DNA of 64,000 nucleotides from Verrucomicrobiales bacterium (GTDB lineage Bacteria; Verrucomicrobiota; Verrucomicrobiia; Verrucomicrobiales; V1-33): NCBI GenBank assembly GCA_031411295.1, contig JANOAV010000077.1, positions 1 to 64,000 of the forward strand, read 5' to 3'. Shown piece by piece: positions 58,201 to 64,000 of this stretch (position 1 is its first letter; each line of letters starts with the position of its first letter). The notes under the pieces were generated by a model. It saw only the letters and a program-made list of their open reading frames with translations, ran no database searches and was not told where the DNA came from. The position numbers and the translations under genes were made by a program.

Positions 58201-61200
58201 TCGGCGGCACTGACGACCCCGTCGGAATTGAGATCCTTGATGTTATAATTCAGCGCATAGACCGCTTCGCCACTGTCGATCCCGCGGGTGTAATTCCACA
58301 CCAGACGATTGTAAACCGGAGCGGTCCGGGTTCCGGGAGGCAGGAAATCATCCCGTCCGCGCAGCAGACCCAGTTCTTCATCCAACACGGTGGCCACTTG
58401 TCCTTTGAAGGCAAAGAGGGAGGTGGCCACATCGCCAAACTGACCGCTGTCTGTGTTGTAGGCGATGGTTGGATTGGCGGCATCGGCATAGGCTTCATTA
58501 CCCACGATCATGTAGAGATCATTGAGGTAGCCTGCCGCCAGCAGCAGCGCATCATTGGCTGGTCCATAGCTCAGGGGCGGGGTGCCTTCGATACTGAGCG
58601 ATTTACCACGACGCAGGATGGTTTCGTAAATTTCAATGAGACCGAACTGATTGATGTTCGCGAGGTTCAGCGAAATGTCACCTTCCCAACGGCGGCCCGC
58701 TTGGGTGACTAACGATACGTCCGTGTTGACGGCGTTGTTATAGAGATCCGTCACGCGTTGTTGGAAGGGATTGATCCCCGCCAGAGCGCGTTTGATCCAA
58801 CCTTCGGCTAATTGGGGCTCGGTCCATTTCGACCAGCCGCCAGCAGCATCGTAGGCGGCATGATCGGGATCGGTGGCGCGGAAGCGGCAGACGAAATAAT
58901 TGTCAGTCAGGGTGAAGATGCCAGGACCTTGGATCACGTGGCGGTTTTTCCCGGTGATACTGCCCGGCATGATCCCGGCCTCTTCATTGGGAGCGGCGGG
59001 CATGGAAATCCAGGAGGCCAAATGTTCCGTGGCCTGCATCGCTTCCAAGCGGGCGTTGACGAAGCTGACCGCTCCGGCATCGGCTGTGGTCACGACGGTA
59101 AGCTCCAAAGTATTGCTGCCCACGGCTAGGGAGTTGGCAGAGATTTCCAGCAAGCGAGAGAGCGGGCTGAAGTCCGGGGAAGGCTTGGCGACCACGGCGG
59201 TATTAGCCGTGCCAGGCACATTCCAGGAGGCCACCGTGGTCCCGTTGATCGATGCGGTGACTCCATCATTGGCTCCCAAGTCCAAGCTGAGGAAGAACCG
59301 CAGCGGAACCGTCGTGAGATTGAACGTGCGGGACAGAGTGACAGGTGAGGTTCCGGCGTGGCCATCCAAGGAACTGGGCAGGCTGAGCGTAGTAACCACA
59401 CCTTCTCCGTTCGTGTAAGTCCAGGGACCACCATCGCCCATAATCAGCGCACGGTCATAGGAGTAAAGCACCGGTGGCAAGCCATCCACGGGCGGAGCAT
59501 AGCGCCATTCGAATTCGTAGTTCTCGGTCTTGGCGGCAAAGTCCAGACTTTGTTGCAGGGTGAGCTTCTCGTCTAAAGGATTCGATGGAGCAATCACCTT
59601 CAACTCACCCCGACCCAGCGGTGCCGTGACCCGAATGACGTGCACGGAGACAGGTTCACCTTCCGGCGTGAACGCTTTGCCGTTACCGCTCACCAGGACC
59701 ACCCAGCCTTCGCCACCGCCTGCGGCGGTTAGCGCATAGGAATCGACCGCGGTGTCAGGATCCGTGATTTCGGTCAGTTCGTCCTGACCACTGGTGACGT
59801 ATTGTGGTTGCACCGTAGTATAGACCTTCTTCGTCAGATCATCCTTGAGGGTGGCGACATCACGCTTGAGTTGATCTGCACGCTTATTCAGTTCATTGAT
59901 ATCCTCCGCCCGGGCGGAGGGCGGGAATATCGGACGAGCATTATACCAGGCATTCACCTCGTCCCGTGCTCTCGTTAGACTGGCGTCACTGGTGGCCTCA
60001 TGCCACCGCTTCTCCTCGTTTAACCAGGAGGTGTAGCCCCGGTTACGACCGATCAGAGGGCCATTTTCCCAACGTTTGTTGACTGCAAATTCGCGATAGT
60101 CACGACGTAGATTGTTGAGTTGATCCTTGTGTTCATTGATCCATTTCCAGAGTGGGGTCAATTCCTGGGCGTTTTTGTCAGGAAACCTTTCCGTGACATC
60201 CGAGAAATAGATCCCTTCACTCATAAACTCGAAATCATACATCCAATTCCAAGCGGTGTCCCGGGCTGCGGTGTCCACCACGTCTTCCGTGGTAGGCTCA
60301 ATGGCCTTGTAGGTCCCGCGCTTGGTGGGGTCTTCCGTAAAGGTTTCGACGATGGTTTCCAGGCCTTCGATGGCTTCGGTCCATGCATCGAAATCGTCAT
60401 CCCCATCATCACAGAGGGCGATGAGGGTTTCCCGATCCTGTTCGCTCAGCGTGTTGAGCAGTAAATAGTCTTCACCAAACGCTTCATCCTTGAATTCTCC
60501 GATGAAGACCAGCGATCCTTTTTCGCCCAGATTCGCGTCAAAGTAAACGCGCTGACTGAGGTGTGGTGGGAGGTTCGGGAAATAGGTTTTTCCGCGATAA
60601 TCGCTCGTCGCCACGGAACCGGGAATTTTACTGAGACCATCCGCGGCCAGCCCGTAGGTCTTGGCTCGGGTGGGGTCGAAGAGCACCACGCTGTGGGTGT
60701 CATCTTCCAGCGCCAACGCCTGGTCATAGAGCACCTGCATACTGGTTTGGGTGCGCACGGCAGGCAGGCCGTATTTGGGCAGGGTCAGCGTTTCACCCAA
60801 ACGGAGTTGCGGAGCACTGGTGGGCCAGATGGCTCGGAACGTAATCGCCAGGGATTGATCGGAAGCGCCACTCATGTCTCCGTCATAACCACCCTCCAGG
60901 GCGGTGGGACGGAGATACGGCATGATGGTGCCGGGCGCGGGTTGCTCCGCCACTCCCGGGAGGAAGAATCCTTCCATGGAGACATAGTAATACTGCATGT
61001 CGAAGAACGGCTCTTCGGTGTCCGTGTGTGGTCCCCGATAGACCCAAGTGCTGCCTTTGCGGTCCTTGAAGGTAAATTTGTCGTAGTCCAAGGGCGCATT
61101 CCCGTTGGGAGCCGCATCATGCAGTTCAAAGGCTACCACATTGGCCACACTGCCATCTTCCAAATAGGGCAACGGCAAGACGGGCAGCGGCATCGGTGCT

Positions 61201-63350
61201 TGCAGGATCTTCCCAGCGATGGCGTCGTAATTGAACACAATGCCTTCGGATTCCTTTTCCCGCAGCACTTTGAACGCGTTCATGGCTGGGCGGGAGTCCG
61301 CTTCCCGGTAGCGCAGCAGCACGTAAGGTAGGGAGGTTTGCTCCGTGCCGAGATCGTCCCGCAGTGCCCAGGCGCGGCCCGCAATCATCACCGCATGTTC
61401 ATCGTTGGGATTGAAGCCAGGCTTATCCTTGTCGTTTTGATAGTAAACCAAACCGTTGGCTTGGAGCGAGGGAAGTTCCCCAGTGCCACGATTGCTGGCC
61501 ATGATGATTTCCGGCGGAGCGGTGGGCCACTGGAGCGCATATTTCTGCACGGTGGCCGGCCAGTAAGTCGGCTTCAAGCCGGAACCCGCGGGTGGGTTGT
61601 TGGCTTTATACCACCAGATTTCCAAAATGTTATGACCGGGACGGGCATTCACCCCGATGATGGCACCGTTTTTGGCATTGGCCACGCCGTCCACGAACGG
61701 ATCTTTATAGGCGGTAGGATCAAAGTCCGTGCCGCTGGTTTGGCGAATGTAGCCCACCGCGGATTCATAGCCCACCGGCGGCTCGATGCGAGTGCCCACA
61801 TCCGCTGGGATGGGCGTGCCCGTGAAGCCGGTGAAGGTGCTATCCAATTTGGAATAGACTCGCTCGAACCAGATCTTTTCACCGTTGGTATAACGGATCA
61901 GGGCCCGACCATCGGGATCCGTGCCGATGGTGGTGTAAAAGGTGGCGCCATTTTTCACAAACGCCTGCTGGCCGTTGGGATCATCTTGGAACACCAAATA
62001 CGGATTATTTGTGGCCTCCAGCGCCACCCCGGTGGCTTGCGCGTCCCCGTCCGCTTGATCCTGGCGGGCGTAAGTGGAATAGGCCTCGATTGCCTCCGGC
62101 CAGGAAACAACGTAGGTCTCGTAAAATTTGGGCCAAATGAGATTGAAATTCCCCGTTTCCATCCAGTGGATGAGCACTTCTCCCGTCGGTTGCCCGGGAT
62201 CTTCCGTGGATTGATTGGTCGTCCGAATCGCATAATAATCCTGCCGACCTTTGGATGGCAGCGCCTGCATGTGCAGAAACGGCGGGGTGCTCGTCATCCC
62301 GTTCACCACCTTGGCTCTCAAAATCTCATCTCCGTTGTGCGGCAACACCTTGTCCCCCACGAACATTTCGACTTTGAGTGGAGCCACCTCCCGGATGACC
62401 TCCACGATTTCGGTCCCAAGGAATTGCCGAGTCACGTTATCCGATTTGAGGGCTCCGAGGATTTCCAAAAAGACGCGACCTTCGGCATTGTAAGCGTGAA
62501 GGGAGCGATCCGTGGTGCTGAACCAAAGCGTGCGTTTTTCTGGCGGAGCCTGCAGGGCGGGGTCGGGCGGCACATCATAAGGGGAATCATATTCCGCACC
62601 AACGTTGGCGGGGAACTGTGGGCTGTAGATGACATTCAGCGTGGAGATGGGGCCCTGCGGAACTTGCACGAGTGGGCCGTTGAAGCCTTTCTCCGTCCAA
62701 TACATGCGCTTGGCAGGCCGGGCTGGTGAAGCGCTGACCACGTAGGTTAGGGTGATCGTCGCTGGCACATGCGCGGGATCGCGGAAACGCCAGACCACAT
62801 CCACCACGCCTGATTGCGTCGCGAAGACGCTGCGGGCGTGCGGGCTGTAGTAGAATTTACCCCCACTGATGTTATCGGGGTTCGGAAGGTAATCACTTTG
62901 GTCGATCGGAATTCCCGCCTGATCCACGGTGGGCCGGGCGATGACCTCGCCAAAGAGGACGGTGGGAACCCGCCCTGCGAGCGGACGGCCCATTTGCACG
63001 GATTGCAATTGCACTCCGCTGCCATCATTCGGGGTAAATGATGGCAACTTCACAGTCGTAGGCCCTGCGACCGTATCCGGACTGCCTGCCAGCATGGTGC
63101 CGGCACCGTCTTTAATGCGGGTGGTGAGCCAGCCGCCAATCGTGGTGCCGCTTTTCCACTGGTTGGCCGTGGGCGTGCGGGGGTCTTCATCCAAACTGGG
63201 TGGCGGCGGCGGATAGGCCGTGGATGGCTGGAGGCTGAAGATGTTCCTGGTATCATCTTCCAACGTAAAGAGCGACTGACTGGAGGCTCGGGAAAGCAAC
63301 GCTAACCCAACCGCCAACCACGCCCCGAGGAATCGGGTTCGTTTTTTCAT
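55227..63350 (-). CDS. Giant secreted protein (2707 aa) with coiled-coil/hydrophobic hairpin and Tc toxin A-like C-terminus
   Basis: Uninterrupted 8.1-kb ORF with Sec-type signal. Beta-rich N two-thirds, long helices around an apolar segment, YKSLFDLSARYTFLAARAYDYET, ends WKIVIP...DIKLYLETYSY. The TcA resemblance is by eye only. Confidence 0.7.
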   Translation of the reverse strand: MKKRTRFLGAWLAVGLALLSRASSQSLFTLEDDTRNIFSLQPSTAYPPPPPSLDEDPRTPTANQWKSGTTIGGWLTTRIKDGAGTMLAGSPDTVAGPTTVKLPSFTPNDGSGVQLQSVQMGRPLAGRVPTVLFGEVIARPTVDQAGIPIDQSDYLPNPDNISGGKFYYSPHARSVFATQSGVVDVVWRFRDPAHVPATITLTYVVSASPARPAKRMYWTEKGFNGPLVQVPQGPISTLNVIYSPQFPANVGAEYDSPYDVPPDPALQAPPEKRTLWFSTTDRSLHAYNAEGRVFLEILGALKSDNVTRQFLGTEIVEVIREVAPLKVEMFVGDKVLPHNGDEILRAKVVNGMTSTPPFLHMQALPSKGRQDYYAIRTTNQSTEDPGQPTGEVLIHWMETGNFNLIWPKFYETYVVSWPEAIEAYSTYARQDQADGDAQATGVALEATNNPYLVFQDDPNGQQAFVKNGATFYTTIGTDPDGRALIRYTNGEKIWFERVYSKLDSTFTGFTGTPIPADVGTRIEPPVGYESAVGYIRQTSGTDFDPTAYKDPFVDGVANAKNGAIIGVNARPGHNILEIWWYKANNPPAGSGLKPTYWPATVQKYALQWPTAPPEIIMASNRGTGELPSLQANGLVYYQNDKDKPGFNPNDEHAVMIAGRAWALRDDLGTEQTSLPYVLLRYREADSRPAMNAFKVLREKESEGIVFNYDAIAGKILQAPMPLPVLPLPYLEDGSVANVVAFELHDAAPNGNAPLDYDKFTFKDRKGSTWVYRGPHTDTEEPFFDMQYYYVSMEGFFLPGVAEQPAPGTIMPYLRPTALEGGYDGDMSGASDQSLAITFRAIWPTSAPQLRLGETLTLPKYGLPAVRTQTSMQVLYDQALALEDDTHSVVLFDPTRAKTYGLAADGLSKIPGSVATSDYRGKTYFPNLPPHLSQRVYFDANLGEKGSLVFIGEFKDEAFGEDYLLLNTLSEQDRETLIALCDDGDDDFDAWTEAIEGLETIVETFTEDPTKRGTYKAIEPTTEDVVDTAARDTAWNWMYDFEFMSEGIYFSDVTERFPDKNAQELTPLWKWINEHKDQLNNLRRDYREFAVNKRWENGPLIGRNRGYTSWLNEEKRWHEATSDASLTRARDEVNAWYNARPIFPPSARAEDINELNKRADQLKRDVATLKDDLTKKVYTTVQPQYVTSGQDELTEITDPDTAVDSYALTAAGGGEGWVVLVSGNGKAFTPEGEPVSVHVIRVTAPLGRGELKVIAPSNPLDEKLTLQQSLDFAAKTENYEFEWRYAPPVDGLPPVLYSYDRALIMGDGGPWTYTNGEGVVTTLSLPSSLDGHAGTSPVTLSRTFNLTTVPLRFFLSLDLGANDGVTASINGTTVASWNVPGTANTAVVAKPSPDFSPLSRLLEISANSLAVGSNTLELTVVTTADAGAVSFVNARLEAMQATEHLASWISMPAAPNEEAGIMPGSITGKNRHVIQGPGIFTLTDNYFVCRFRATDPDHAAYDAAGGWSKWTEPQLAEGWIKRALAGINPFQQRVTDLYNNAVNTDVSLVTQAGRRWEGDISLNLANINQFGLIEIYETILRRGKSLSIEGTPPLSYGPANDALLLAAGYLNDLYMIVGNEAYADAANPTIAYNTDSGQFGDVATSLFAFKGQVATVLDEELGLLRGRDDFLPPGTRTAPVYNRLVWNYTRGIDSGEAVYALNYNIKDLNSDGVVSAADAAIAYPQGHGDAYGHYLTAMTNYYSLLRNSYFDWMPRSEAVLLLGKPVAVDYLDERKFATAAAALARTTSQTLDLTYRQAFNPAAATVATWTHLKDGRVNSQTGRTRNWGVDDWATRGGQGSFLHWVTANSTLPDVDPNPNHEGIQKIDRTTVPELAEIVVQSKAIQQSLDAADARLNPLGISGGALPFDISPTQVDAGKTHFEQIYERAVDALRNAVAAFNNAKTTTQLIRSQDESLAKARDAINAQERAFTAQLIDLYGTPYGEDVGPGKTYAQGYEGPDYYHFMYADIPELFKNQPDEEEGDRTFTVQNGTDWNMANIDDARWKAEDQRKVKKDGKDVWELNPLPDDGLGEPLVYTVDSTGNFKKPDNFTRRARPGRIQDAISEVLMARLHLHNAVEDYAEFGLQARRLIRNYKAVQFAHDDNRDLEVTNAALIGSFEVLIGVGETLVDGIDAVELGAEDIIEAIKESLPTVVGLATDATSAARGAAEASKEVPKAFAFGAKEVINVLMRALNLTISNLERTRAIEASDIAWTAENKQMMTDLKAGWEDLEDGTRVIDQALRAYDDAKRKLRAATYDAQRIVSEREIVRQKAAALIQGYRTKDFGFRAFRNEALESYKSLFDLSARYTFLAARAYDYETGLANAAGGSRANDFFQKIVQARALGVVANGQPQNAGSQGGDPGLSGALARMNSDWSVVKSRLGFNNPDRYRTLFSLRQENERIVPGTAGDTLWSDKLAASRMSNILDDDDVRRYCMQVNSNGALSVPGYVIPFSTTIATGFNFFGQPLAGGDSTFTPTSFATKIRSNGIAFKGYVGMATPTSIGGAVVSGGGGTPTDPNTGFLDPNALSATPYVYLIAAGEDSMRSPALGDSSVVRTWQVEDQAIALPFDIGGADIGTNIFTPGQSLSETFTIRKHQAFRAVPDGTVFSSSPGFTNSRLIGRSAWNSRWKIVIPANTLLADPVKGMQIFEATVKDIKLYLETYSYSGN

Positions 63351-63373
63351 GGTGATGTTGGTCTGGGGTTAGA

Positions 63374-64000
63374 TTATTGGTTGCTGGTGGGCTTTGCGGG
63401 AGCAGAAACGGTTGCGTTCTTGGGTTTGCTAAGCAGGGCGGCCTCCAGTGCGGCAAGGCGGGTTTCACGGGTGGTGTTTTCCTTTTCCAAGGCTGCCAGG
63501 CGCTCTTCTTGTTTGGCAAGCTTGTCCTTCAGGATTTCGTTTTCCTTGCGCAGGGCTTCCTCGGCGGAATCGCTGTCTTTCTTGATCTGCTGGGAGGCGG
63601 AGACGTTCAACATGGCTATGGCATCATAGTCCACAGTGCGGAAGTCCTTCACTTCGCGGCCATAGACAAAGACTTCCTTGTCCTCGTCGGTGGGCTGAAA
63701 GGAAATGCGGAACCCGTCGGGCTTCACTTCCAGCACCTCATAGACCTCGTTCGTCTTCCCATCGGACAGCACCCGGACCCGCTCGCCCTTCTTCAAATCA
63801 CTGGCCACCTTGATCCAGCCATTTGCGGGAACTGCCTTCTTCATGATATCAGGCACCACATTGGTGATCTTGCTTACGGCCAAGGGGAAAGCCTTTTCCA
63901 CCTCCTGGGCGATGAGTTTCTTTTGCTTGCGCGGCCCCTCAGCCACCGTGTCCCGGAAACTGTAGTCGGTGACCTTGAGCTGCATCATATGAGTGAGGTC
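63374..64000 (-). CDS. C-terminal part of a fibre/spike protein with Peptidase_S74 intramolecular chaperone domain (5' end outside window)
   Basis: Frame is open to the window edge (DLTHMMQLKVTDY). LIAQEVEKAFP.AV, VDYDAI, then coiled coil LAKQEERLAALE. Confidence 0.85.
   Translation of the reverse strand, partial: DLTHMMQLKVTDYSFRDTVAEGPRKQKKLIAQEVEKAFPLAVSKITNVVPDIMKKAVPANGWIKVASDLKKGERVRVLSDGKTNEVYEVLEVKPDGFRISFQPTDEDKEVFVYGREVKDFRTVDYDAIAMLNVSASQQIKKDSDSAEEALRKENEILKDKLAKQEERLAALEKENTTRETRLAALEAALLSKPKNATVSAPAKPTSNQ

Noticed and set aside
61338..62729. 463-aa + strand ORF and other long antisense ORFs (e.g. 43536..44531, 54260..55207, 57921..58712)
   Set aside because: They overlap well-supported genes on the opposite strand and have shadow-like composition.
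55227..64000. Prophage or contractile injection system
   Set aside because: No capsid, terminase, sheath, tube, baseplate or integrase genes in the window, and the proteins carry signal peptides.

Overview
About 64 kb of GC-rich bacterial chromosome, most likely from a Verrucomicrobiota member (Verru_Chthon pilin-like cassette, PEP-CTERM protein, PVC-type CxxCH dehydrogenase). All family calls are by eye; no searches were run. The window opens with an apparently complete IS110/IS1111-type element (12..1684). Its downstream non-coding end contains two guide pairs that match the element's own target site and its own circle junction, i.e. a readable bridge/seek RNA. Housekeeping and envelope genes follow (rsmE, aspS, murI, glycosyltransferases, a VirJ/AcvB-hydrolase::aminoacyl-PG-synthase fusion, Rrf2 regulator plus sulfonate-type ABC transporter), with a gene-debris patch at 20.6-22.5 kb and a 1000-aa secreted protein ahead of a B-C-D Verru_Chthon cassette. 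The last ~15 kb is a tightly coupled minus-strand operon: S74-chaperone fibre protein (partial), a 2707-aa Sec-exported protein with a Tc-toxin-A-like C-terminus, a small secreted protein, a MORN/YwqK-like protein, an RCC1/Ig-repeat adhesin and a PEP-CTERM protein. This operon is the best candidate for an undescribed system. No rRNA, tRNA or CRISPR array was seen.
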